Positions 1 to 7,450 of a DNA stretch of 64,000 nucleotides are shown in pieces. Position numbers and translations under genes: made by a program. The stretch is from Alphaproteobacteria bacterium (GTDB lineage Bacteria > Pseudomonadota > Alphaproteobacteria > RF32 > CAG-239): assembly GCA_017470165.1 (NCBI GenBank), contig JAFUEX010000024.1, positions 75,398 through 139,397 of the forward strand, read 5' to 3'. The notes beneath the pieces were generated by a model. It was not told the origin of the DNA. It made no database searches and saw only the letters and a list, made by a program, of their open reading frames with translations. Each line of letters opens with the position of its first letter. Within the stretch, counting starts at the first letter, position 1.

Positions 1-170
1 TTGGCGTCTGCTGTTGCTTCTACCACGTCTTGGACTTGCAGTCTGCGCATCCAGTAGGCGTTGTTTGGCACTTCGCGACCTTCTTCAGGCAAATAGTCGC
101 AGTGCACCGGATCAAAAACTTGCAACGCTTTATCGTCGACTTTTCTGTTTGGATTTGGTTTAACTCGCAT
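1..170 (-). CDS. Partial phage structural protein. The start codon is at 170 and the gene runs off the window.
   Basis: ATG at 168-170 (minus strand) is preceded by an AAGGAG ribosome-binding site. The open frame continues to position 1. Confidence 0.4.
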   Translation of the reverse strand, partial: MRVKPNPNRKVDDKALQVFDPVHCDYLPEEGREVPNNAYWMRRLQVQDVVEATADA

Positions 171-182
171 TTTTTATGCTCC

Positions 183-746
183 TTATTCGTTTGAATGATT
201 GACTTCTAACTGGAATTCTATTCTTTCGTCCGGTCCGGGGACTGGATCTGCAATCGGCTCTATGACATCAACGTCAATATGCGTTTTTTGCAGGTCATCC
301 TCAGCGGTTACGTGGTATTCTTCAAAATAGCTCAGACTGAATGATAAAATTTCAACAACAATCGGGTGTGCACCCTGATCATACATTGAGTATTCCACCG
401 TGTAATTATCGGTCTGTGAGAATAATTTTGTGAACTCGGCATCCGTCATGAGTGCCGTTTCTACAGCCTCGGCTATAGCGTCAGCTTTTGCGGTCCAATT
501 TGTAATCGGAGAGACATATATTTCGACATTGACCTTCAGCGTACAGTTAAATGATTGAACATTCAAACTGCGGGAATTGGCATCTTGTCTGATGGTGACG
601 ACATTTATTCCAGGGAGATTTTTCCCTTCAAAAGGCGTTACCTTGCTGTTGAAGATGTTATCCCCAACAAGCTCTTTTAAAGCTGAATTTTCTTTCAGCT
701 TTGATAAAACCGCCTCTCTTAATTCTTGTCTAGCCAGCATATGCAC
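183..746 (-). CDS. Hypothetical phage head/connector-region protein.
   Basis: 187-aa ORF immediately downstream of the capsid gene in the late operon. No motif was recognised. Confidence 0.4.
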   Translation of the reverse strand: MHMLARQELREAVLSKLKENSALKELVGDNIFNSKVTPFEGKNLPGINVVTIRQDANSRSLNVQSFNCTLKVNVEIYVSPITNWTAKADAIAEAVETALMTDAEFTKLFSQTDNYTVEYSMYDQGAHPIVVEILSFSLSYFEEYHVTAEDDLQKTHIDVDVIEPIADPVPGPDERIEFQLEVNHSNE

Positions 747-1083
747 CCTCGCAAAACAAAACTATTCTACTTTCGCTCCAACCATCCTCAGGTTGTCTGG
801 TGACGGCATAGAGCTTTCCTTTAATAACGAAGCGATCATCCTGTTGCGGGTGTCTTACTCCGAGCTTATCAAAATCCGAAAGTTTGACACTTAGGACTGG
901 CATTGGTGTTTCTACCGGAACTTCTCCGGAAGTGTCCACCACATCAACATTTTCATCCAAGATAGCGGTCAGGTTGTATTCCTTTTCGCTGTCAGCGGGC
1001 ATATAGATCGCCGGATCCCCGAAATAATCAAGGCAGCAATCCATGCAAAGGTCGATGTCGTCATTAAAGTCTGCCATTTTCAA
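730..1083 (-). CDS. Hypothetical phage protein in the head module.
   Basis: 117-aa ORF between the capsid gene and the next gene, with 4-bp overlap (coupled translation). Confidence 0.4.
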   Translation of the reverse strand: MKMADFNDDIDLCMDCCLDYFGDPAIYMPADSEKEYNLTAILDENVDVVDTSGEVPVETPMPVLSVKLSDFDKLGVRHPQQDDRFVIKGKLYAVTRQPEDGWSESRIVLFCEGAYAG

Positions 1084-1129
1084 ATTCCTAAAAAAGGCGG
1101 AAGTTTTAAGGCTTCCGCCTTGAGTTTTC

Positions 1130-2146
1130 CTAGTTCAAGGTTGCCTTGACCAGCAAATCAGGACGTTTGCAGATAGGCAGCGGGTGAGACTGAGTTTGAA
1201 CATCTACGCCACGCCCCATCGGTGCTAATTCCTGTTTAGCATAATAAGGCAAGCCGACCGTGTTGACAGCTTCGACATAATCAGCCGGAGCGAACACAGT
1301 TTCGAACACGTTTCTTGTGCCCAGCGGCAAGAAGATAGCTTCATTGTCCGGGATAAAGCGCAAGACTGAACCTTTAGAGTTCGAAGCCGAGCCTTCGTAT
1401 TCGATGAAGTGAATGCCGTTGAACACGAAATCGTAGCGCAAATCGTCACGATAAGGTGTTGTGCCTTGATATGCATGATAAGCATCTTTGATTGAATCGT
1501 GGTTCACGATGGCTTCGAAGAAGTTACCGGAGCATAAACACAAGACGCCGCTCATAACTTCGCCTTTGAGGTTTTTTTCGAGGTAACGTTTCACATCGCG
1601 CAAGGTTGTCGGGATGTTCGTTTTCGCATCACTTGTTTTGAACTTCTGCTCTTTCTGGTTAACTCCGAACTTGTCGAACAAGTCAACAATCGTGTTGCCT
1701 TCGCCGTCCTTGACAAGGCCTTGCAAAGCACCGCAACGCATATATTCCAGCGTGATTTCGTGCTTTGCTTTCATTTCGGCCAACTTGTCATTGACAACAT
1801 CCTGAACGGCTTCCAATTCGTCAGAGGTGCCGAATTTGCGGATGTTTTGAACGTCGCCTGCATTGATTCTGTCATTCAAGACAAAGTGAGCGACATTCAA
1901 AGAAACGAGCTCGCGTTTGCCGGATGTATTGACAGAGCCGGGTGCGCTCGGTTCGTTGGCGGTCAAGATGTTCAAAACACCGTTTTTCTTCTCAACCTCA
2001 ACGCTGGTTGTCTTGATGCCTTTTTCTTTGAAGATGCCGAGTTGGTTAACCGCACCGTATTGTGTGGGGATAACGTTGACGGCTTCTGTCATTTCGGCGG
2101 TGCCGAAAGCGGCATTATTGAAGATGTCAGCAATAGTTTTTGCCAT
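1130..2146 (-). CDS. Major capsid protein, lambda gpE family.
   Basis: 338 aa, comparable to lambda gpE (341 aa). The C-terminal stretch (FLPLGTRNV...) resembles gpE. It sits after the decoration gene, as in lambda. Confidence 0.7.
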   Translation of the reverse strand: MAKTIADIFNNAAFGTAEMTEAVNVIPTQYGAVNQLGIFKEKGIKTTSVEVEKKNGVLNILTANEPSAPGSVNTSGKRELVSLNVAHFVLNDRINAGDVQNIRKFGTSDELEAVQDVVNDKLAEMKAKHEITLEYMRCGALQGLVKDGEGNTIVDLFDKFGVNQKEQKFKTSDAKTNIPTTLRDVKRYLEKNLKGEVMSGVLCLCSGNFFEAIVNHDSIKDAYHAYQGTTPYRDDLRYDFVFNGIHFIEYEGSASNSKGSVLRFIPDNEAIFLPLGTRNVFETVFAPADYVEAVNTVGLPYYAKQELAPMGRGVDVQTQSHPLPICKRPDLLVKATLN

Positions 2147-2148
2147 GG

Positions 2149-2523
2149 TTATTCTCCTTTCCTTGCGACAATGCCGAGAGCTGCCAAGCCGTCTTTGGCT
2201 TTAGCGATGCCTGTTTCGTCAGTGAACGCATAGATTAACTTGTTTTCTGCTACGATTGCGTGGCGAACCACAACAATCCCTGTGGCATCAGCACTTGTCG
2301 CGTCCACGTCTTTAATCAAGATCGCGGCCGGTACTCCATAGGTGCTACCTGACGGAGCAGACAAGGCTTTGTATTTGCCGGTTGAAGAGTCAATCTCCAA
2401 AACAGCACCGGCTTCCAATTTGCCAGCACCGCTTTTGATGGTGACTGCCTCGCGGGAATATTCAGGAACTTCGTATTTTACGACGTCTGCAATATAATTC
2501 CCTTCAGTATATTTTTCTGTCAT
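2149..2523 (-). CDS. Head decoration protein, gpD-like.
   Basis: 124 aa, placed between the protease/scaffold gene and the capsid gene as lambda D is between C/Nu3 and E. Confidence 0.55.
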   Translation of the reverse strand: MTEKYTEGNYIADVVKYEVPEYSREAVTIKSGAGKLEAGAVLEIDSSTGKYKALSAPSGSTYGVPAAILIKDVDATSADATGIVVVRHAIVAENKLIYAFTDETGIAKAKDGLAALGIVARKGE

Positions 2524-2536
2524 GTTTCAGTTTCCT

Positions 2537-3586
2537 TTACTTCTTTGCAAAACGCTCTTGAGCTCTTTGAGCCAGAGTTTTTGCGGTTTTGTTAACTGCA
2601 ACGGTGCGGGTATTGCTTACGCCGTTATAATCGTTGCTGCGTTTTTCCAAGATTTTCTCTCGGACTTGATCCACAGTCATTTTTGACTGGTCAAACAAGC
2701 GAGCTTGTTTGATAGACATTCCTGCTACTTCACAAAGGCCATAGATAGCGTCACGGCGAGAGATACCGGCACGAGCGGCGCGCTTAGAAGACTTGCGTTC
2801 TTCTTTGTCTTCGTCTTCGTCCTCACGGTCCTCTTTGTCTTCGTCGTCTTCGCGATCTTCTTCGTTTTCAGGAGCATCTTTTGTGGGATCTTCTTCATCG
2901 TCGGATCTGGTTTCCTCATCGATTTCATCTTCGAAGTCTTTGATTTCGTCCTCGTCCTCGCGTTTGGATCTTTTGACCATTTTTTTCTCCTTAGTTGAGC
3001 TGCGAACAGTGATAACGCAATCGCTCGTCCGCGTTTCCGCGCGAACGGTAGCCTTTGCATCCGCAGGAACTGTCACAGCACTCAGTTCCAACGGTGTCCA
3101 TTTGACGGCGCGGAAGATTTTTTCTCCATTTTCTTCATAAACCTCATATTCCTCAACGGTATATCCGACAGAAATATTGCGGATAATGCCCTGAGTGACG
3201 AGGTTCCACACCTTGTCAATCTTTTCGTCGTCCTTTCCAAAGCGGATAAGTGCGCGACCTTCGCCTTTTTCTTCGTCAATCCATGCTTTTTCGACAACAC
3301 CGAGAACGGCGTCAAGCTCAAACGCGTTATGCATTGCCAAGAACGGCGAACTCCCAGCGTTAAGGCGATCCATGTTGACAGCTTTGGTGGAGACTTCTAA
3401 TTCTTCAGTAAAAGTGCCGAAATCCCAGTTAAATTGTGTTGCTCTGGCTCCGGTAGTCCATACGATTTCAATGGTACGATTTTCGGCGTTGATGCTTTCC
3501 GGGGCGATGAACGCTCTGCGTTGTATTCCGGGAAGTTTTTTTGTTTCTTTGCTCATATTGTCGTATCCTTTTGCTTTTTTCGTCAT
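2537..3586 (-). CDS. Prohead protease (HK97/S78-like) fused to an acidic scaffold-like C-terminal domain.
   Basis: The N-terminal region carries a conserved motif (DRLNAGSSPFLAMHN) typical of caudovirus prohead proteases. The C-terminal 100 aa are extremely D/E/K-rich (scaffold-like). The gene sits between the portal and decoration genes. Confidence 0.55.
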   Translation of the reverse strand: MTKKAKGYDNMSKETKKLPGIQRRAFIAPESINAENRTIEIVWTTGARATQFNWDFGTFTEELEVSTKAVNMDRLNAGSSPFLAMHNAFELDAVLGVVEKAWIDEEKGEGRALIRFGKDDEKIDKVWNLVTQGIIRNISVGYTVEEYEVYEENGEKIFRAVKWTPLELSAVTVPADAKATVRAETRTSDCVITVRSSTKEKKMVKRSKREDEDEIKDFEDEIDEETRSDDEEDPTKDAPENEEDREDDEDKEDREDEDEDKEERKSSKRAARAGISRRDAIYGLCEVAGMSIKQARLFDQSKMTVDQVREKILEKRSNDYNGVSNTRTVAVNKTAKTLAQRAQERFAKK

Positions 3587-3646
3587 TTTTGACTTTCTAA
3601 ATCTAATATAAAATTATTTGATACAAATGTTCAAAAAATTTTTTTA

Positions 3647-5119
3647 TTATTTTTCGTCTGCCTCGTCTTTTTCGTCCGTTTTATCTCTCGAATTGGGCTT
3701 CGGAGCCCCTAGACCGTTTGTCGGATCAACCGTGAAAACGAGCCCAAGACCGGCAGCGCGTTCAGCATCAGCGGCTATTTGTTCGTCGACCTCGGCCGCA
3801 TCCCCACCCATTTCGGATATAATTTGCGAACGTGACGCAAATCCGCACAAAACTTTTTCCTTTTGGGCTGCAATTTCCTGTTGCGGGTTGACATACGCCC
3901 AACCAGCAGGCTGGAATCGTGCCCGATGGAATTTTTGCGGATCCTGCGTGTATTCGTTGATATTGACTTCAAGCGCACCGGATAGAACTGCGGCTTCAAT
4001 GAATTTATCCCAGATTCGGCGCAACACCTGATGGACAAGGCGATTTTGTTCTTGCCGATGTTTGCGCTGTGTGATATTTAATCCCATTCTGCTGGACGAG
4101 AAGTTTGTTTTGCTCATATCGTTCGTAAATTCTTCATACGTCAGCTGAATTGTGGCCGCCAAAGCGCGCAAACTTTGCGCCATGTACGGCTCGTATGAAG
4201 TTCCACTTTCGGCCGGAGCATTGAATTTGATATCTTCTCCGGGGGCGAGCGTCGTGATGGTTCCGGTTGTGATTTCAGCGATAGCCTCTCCGGGACCGGC
4301 ATCCTCATCTTCATCATCCGCATTTAATGTGCCATCCGCGACCGGCGTTGTGACAAATCCGGCCAGCATGGCGGCGAGTTTTTTCTTTGCAAGTTCTGCT
4401 TCATCATATTCGAGCATCTCGCGGGCTTTGAGCAATCCGGCAAATGCTTCCGGAACGCCTCGCACCTGTCCAGCCCACAATTGTTTGAAGTAATGGCAAA
4501 CCTCATCTGCCGGAACTTCAACCGTTTCAAGGTAATTTCCGGACACAATGCTTTCGTTCGGATGTTTTTTATAAAAAATGTATGACACGCGGTGTCCTGC
4601 TTTGTCAAATTTAACCCCTGCAACAGTTTCGCCGCCGTCAGCGTCGGCGTGATTTTCATCAAGCTTGCATTGATCAGCCTGCAGGAGCTGTAATTTTAGA
4701 GGGACGACGCCGAAATTTTCAGGCACAAAACGGATAAACACTTCACCGCCTTCCCAGCGTTCGCGAACTGCCAAGGAAAGGAGACTTGTCAGGTCATTTA
4801 CGCCCTCAAGGTCGCACTCGTGGCACCATTCGCTCCAAAGATGTTTTAATCTTTCGCAAAGATCACAATCATCATGTTTTGGCAAAATTCTGATGCCGGG
4901 ACCCACTATATTGCTGGCAATTGTTTCGTATGCGCTGTTCATGTACGGATAATTTCGTGTTAAATCTCGGGATTTTCTACGCAGTTCATCAAGCGAATAA
5001 ATGATAGCCGTATTCGGACCGGCCGAAGAAACACGCCAAGCACGCATACGACCGCGTCCTGTGGCTCCGAATGCAGGATCGGTCATTAGTCTTTTGGATC
5101 TTTTTTTGAATTTGAACAT
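3647..5119 (-). CDS. Portal protein, lambda gpB family.
   Basis: 490 aa. Positioned after the gpW-like gene and before the protease gene. The C-terminal tail is acidic. Confidence 0.7.
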   Translation of the reverse strand: MFKFKKRSKRLMTDPAFGATGRGRMRAWRVSSAGPNTAIIYSLDELRRKSRDLTRNYPYMNSAYETIASNIVGPGIRILPKHDDCDLCERLKHLWSEWCHECDLEGVNDLTSLLSLAVRERWEGGEVFIRFVPENFGVVPLKLQLLQADQCKLDENHADADGGETVAGVKFDKAGHRVSYIFYKKHPNESIVSGNYLETVEVPADEVCHYFKQLWAGQVRGVPEAFAGLLKAREMLEYDEAELAKKKLAAMLAGFVTTPVADGTLNADDEDEDAGPGEAIAEITTGTITTLAPGEDIKFNAPAESGTSYEPYMAQSLRALAATIQLTYEEFTNDMSKTNFSSSRMGLNITQRKHRQEQNRLVHQVLRRIWDKFIEAAVLSGALEVNINEYTQDPQKFHRARFQPAGWAYVNPQQEIAAQKEKVLCGFASRSQIISEMGGDAAEVDEQIAADAERAAGLGLVFTVDPTNGLGAPKPNSRDKTDEKDEADEK

Positions 5120-5343
5120 TATAACCCCCGATGTGTGACTGTTTTGATGACGCGGGTTTTTCTGATGCCAAGCTCGGCATCGATTGCGTCAATGGCGGCT
5201 TTGATGTCGCTCATGCTTCTGAATGTGGTGGTTTTGCCGTTATGGCTGATGGATGCAACGCCACTTGTGTAAGCGTTCACGAGCTTTTTTCTGCGTTCTT
5301 TCAGCTCGCTGATTTCGTTTTCTGTTAAATTATTCTTTGCCAT
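5119..5343 (-). CDS. Head-tail joining protein, gpW-like.
   Basis: 74 aa with a pattern similar to lambda gpW (...TSGVASISHNGKTTTFRSMSDIKAAIDAIDAELG). Its stop overlaps the portal start codon. Confidence 0.55.
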   Translation of the reverse strand: MAKNNLTENEISELKERRKKLVNAYTSGVASISHNGKTTTFRSMSDIKAAIDAIDAELGIRKTRVIKTVTHRGL

Positions 5344-5489
5344 GATTGCCTCGCATTTCGTATATCTAAAACTATTTTAGTCATTTTTGCCTTAAATGTT
5401 CAAAAAATTTTTTTTATTTCTTGACTATTCTTGTTTTTTATTGATATAATTCTGGCATAAAGTCATTTTTGACTTAAAATTTATTTTGT

Positions 5490-5566
5490 CGCGGGGTGGA
5501 GCAGTTAGTTAGCTCGCTGGTTTCATACTCCAGAGGTCGATGGTGCAAATCCATCTCCCGCAACCA
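5490..5566 (+). tRNA. tRNA-Met (anticodon CAT), initiator-like, encoded by the phage.
   Basis: 77 nt beginning CGCGGGGTGGAGCAG and ending TCCCGCAACCA, similar to E. coli tRNA-fMet. It has a C1:A72 mismatch, a TTCATAC anticodon loop, a perfect T-arm and an encoded CCA. Confidence 0.8.
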
Positions 5567-5660
5567 ACACAAGAAGATATTGTGGTATTTCTTCTTAAAA
5601 AAAGTGTTCCACACGTCGGTAGTTGTGAGCTCGATGTCGTTAATGTGAACTCTCATTTAT

Positions 5661-5745
5661 AGGACTGTAGCTCAATGGTAGAGCGTTCTGTGTGCACAGA
5701 TTAAACCGAGCAGTTTGTATGTGGGTTCGACTCCCGCCGGTCCGA
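5661..5745 (+). ncRNA. tRNA-like sequence with a non-canonical anticodon arm; possibly a tRNA pseudogene or decoy.
   Basis: Acceptor, D-arm (GCTC-AATGGTA-GAGC) and T-arm (GTGGG-TTCGACT-CCCGC) are canonical. The anticodon region is a perfect 14-nt palindrome (TCTGTGTGCACAGA), which gives a 4-nt loop. A long hairpin-forming variable region follows. Confidence 0.45.
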
Positions 5746-5883
5746 CCTATTACTTATGTCTGAGAGAACGCCGGTCGGATCGGCTTAAGACAAAACAGCT
5801 TAACCGAAAAGATTGGCAAGGAACACCGGATGGTTGCAAACGTCTGGTGTTTTCTTTTTGACTTTCAAGAAGAACGTGCTCCT

Positions 5884-5953
5884 GGCGGGAGGCTGCTGGG
5901 ACGGTTCCTCGCTCTGCGGTTCCCGTAGCCGGGCTGCGGGTGATTCGCTTTCG
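5884..5953. repeat. Left copy of a ~70-bp GC-rich direct repeat flanking the moron cassette.
   Basis: Shares the 18-nt exact core tgcggttcccgtagccgg and ~70% flanking identity with the copy at 7310-7380. Confidence 0.8.
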
Positions 5954-5999
5954 ATTGCGTATGTCATTCATGGCGCGCGCGGGCGGAGCCTTCCCAGAG

Positions 6000-6042
6000 C
6001 TTTTGCTTAAAGCAAAAGAAAGGTGTCGAATTCGACACCTTT
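6000..6042. terminator. Two adjacent perfect palindromes forming a probable (bidirectional) terminator.
   Basis: The palindromes are cttttgcttaaagcaaaag and aaaggtgtcgaattcgacaccttt. They lie just 3' of the minus-strand small ORF and are followed by T-rich sequence. Confidence 0.5.
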
Positions 6043-6047
6043 GGATG

Positions 6048-6197
6048 TTATTTGCCAATGTTATAGGCTTGGCATGCGGGCTGGTATCCGTGTTCGCACC
6101 GGATCTTGTTTTCCCAAACATCACCGACAATCAGCAAAAAATACATTGCCGCAAAAAATAAAATCATTGAAAAACCGTCTAAGATGTATTTAATCAT
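6048..6197 (-). CDS. 49-aa small membrane protein, paralogous to the ORF at 14018-14167.
   Basis: Translates to MIKYILDGFSMILFFAAMYFLLIVGDVWENKIRCEHGYQPACQAYNIGK, about 70% identical to the 14018 peptide. It is below the 60-aa cutoff of the ORF track. A terminator hairpin lies downstream. Confidence 0.6.
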   Translation of the reverse strand: MIKYILDGFSMILFFAAMYFLLIVGDVWENKIRCEHGYQPACQAYNIGK

Positions 6198-6525
6198 TTT
6201 CTGTAACCTTTTTTAGTGTTGTGCCATCTTAGCTATGAGAAGGTGGCGGACTCAACTAAAGCCGGTTACAGTTTGTAAGGCTTCGGGCTTTATTCAATAT
6301 ATTCGGCCTCTCATCCGCCATAATTTTGGTATAAAAAAACGCCTTCTTCGGGGGCGGTATACCGCTGTAACCTGTTTTAGTATCTACAGTATACACAAAA
6401 AATAGTTAAAAGTCAGTTAATAAATTCATTTTTTTATTTTTTTTGCTTTCCGGGAGTTGAAGCCGCTCGAAAGCGTGGGATTATTTCCGTTCCGGTCTTG
6501 TATTCTCCGCGCTCCCGGAGCGGTT

Positions 6526-7170
6526 TTATTCAAAATATCTTTTCAGCTTACCATCTCCTAGAATTTTTGCTACATCCTCTGCTTCTATTACATCTCCATT
6601 ATCATTGTAAAACTCCACTATGTTTGCCACGTTAAAAACGTGGTTTTCCTTGCGAAGCTTGCAATATCCGACAAGGTAAATTTCAGCCGAATATTCATTT
6701 TTTTGCTTTTGGGTTTGCCTTAATTGTTTTTTATAATCGCTCATCATTTCGCTATAGTAGGCTTTTTCTCCAGCCTCACACTTCGGGACTGAATCGATTT
6801 TGTATTGCATATCGTCAATTGCGGCCCTATCTTCAAGAATTGCCTGTTTAAATTCTTTGTTGTATTTCAGAATAAGCTGGATTTTTGCCGTTCTTGTCGT
6901 TGTTTCATCTTTGGAGTTGATATATTTGAAGGTCAAATCAATTCCGGTTTGGCTCCGCCACAGGACGTCGACAAATTCCTCATTTTCTTTTCGGAGTATT
7001 TCAGGCTTTTGTTTTTCTTTCAAATTGACATAAACAATCAGGGAGGCGATGATCCCGATTATTGCTCCACCATAAATAAAATCACAGCAGTTAAAAACAA
7101 CTGGAATAAACATAACCCAGAAGCCGACTATCGCGGATTTTACTATTGTGTAATCTATTTTTTTCTTCAT
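6526..7170 (-). CDS. Moron-encoded membrane protein (two N-terminal transmembrane helices plus a soluble domain), function unknown.
   Basis: 214-aa ORF with very low GC relative to the phage. It is inserted between TerL and gpW inside the direct-repeat-bracketed cassette. Possible -35/-10 elements lie in 7171-7300. Confidence 0.6.
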   Translation of the reverse strand: MKKKIDYTIVKSAIVGFWVMFIPVVFNCCDFIYGGAIIGIIASLIVYVNLKEKQKPEILRKENEEFVDVLWRSQTGIDLTFKYINSKDETTTRTAKIQLILKYNKEFKQAILEDRAAIDDMQYKIDSVPKCEAGEKAYYSEMMSDYKKQLRQTQKQKNEYSAEIYLVGYCKLRKENHVFNVANIVEFYNDNGDVIEAEDVAKILGDGKLKRYFE

Positions 7171-7309
7171 AACCCTGTGCCTTTTCTTAAAGATAATACT
7201 CCAAGTTTGACTTTATTATCCGATAAAAGTTCTAAAAAGTCAAGCATAAAGTCAAATTTGCCTTATTTTTTTGACTTTATGTGAAAATTGTTTATTGTAT
7301 GGTGCTCAT

Positions 7310-7380
7310 GGCGGGGGCGGCTTGGCGCGATTCTCCGCATTGCGGTTCCCGTAGCCGGAACGCGAGTGTTACGCTTTTGG
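7310..7380. repeat. Right copy of the ~70-bp GC-rich direct repeat.
   Basis: See 5884-5953; same orientation. Confidence 0.8.
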
Positions 7381-7450
7381 GTACGTCTACCGATAATGGC
7401 ACGCGCCGGCGTAACCAACCCAAGGACTTTTTGCCTTGAAAGTCAAAAAG

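Noticed and set aside
2793-3140. Ser-rich 115-aa ORF and neighbouring ORFs (2705-2998, 2725-3060) within the protease/scaffold gene.
   Set aside because: Alternative frames of the highly repetitive acidic scaffold-coding region. The low-complexity poly-Ser/poly-Lys products are frame artefacts.
3582-3593. Treating each GTCAAAAATGAC occurrence as the start of a tiny ORF because it contains ATG.
   Set aside because: Except at the protease gene, where it is the true start, the downstream frames terminate within 10-26 codons. The motif is better explained as a regulatory palindrome.
5750-6130. 126-aa minus-strand ORF and 81-aa ORF (7288-7533) spanning the GC-rich direct repeats.
   Set aside because: They run through the repeat copies and terminator palindromes. 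There is no RBS and the arginine-rich translation is of random character, so they are better explained as non-coding repeat/terminator sequence.
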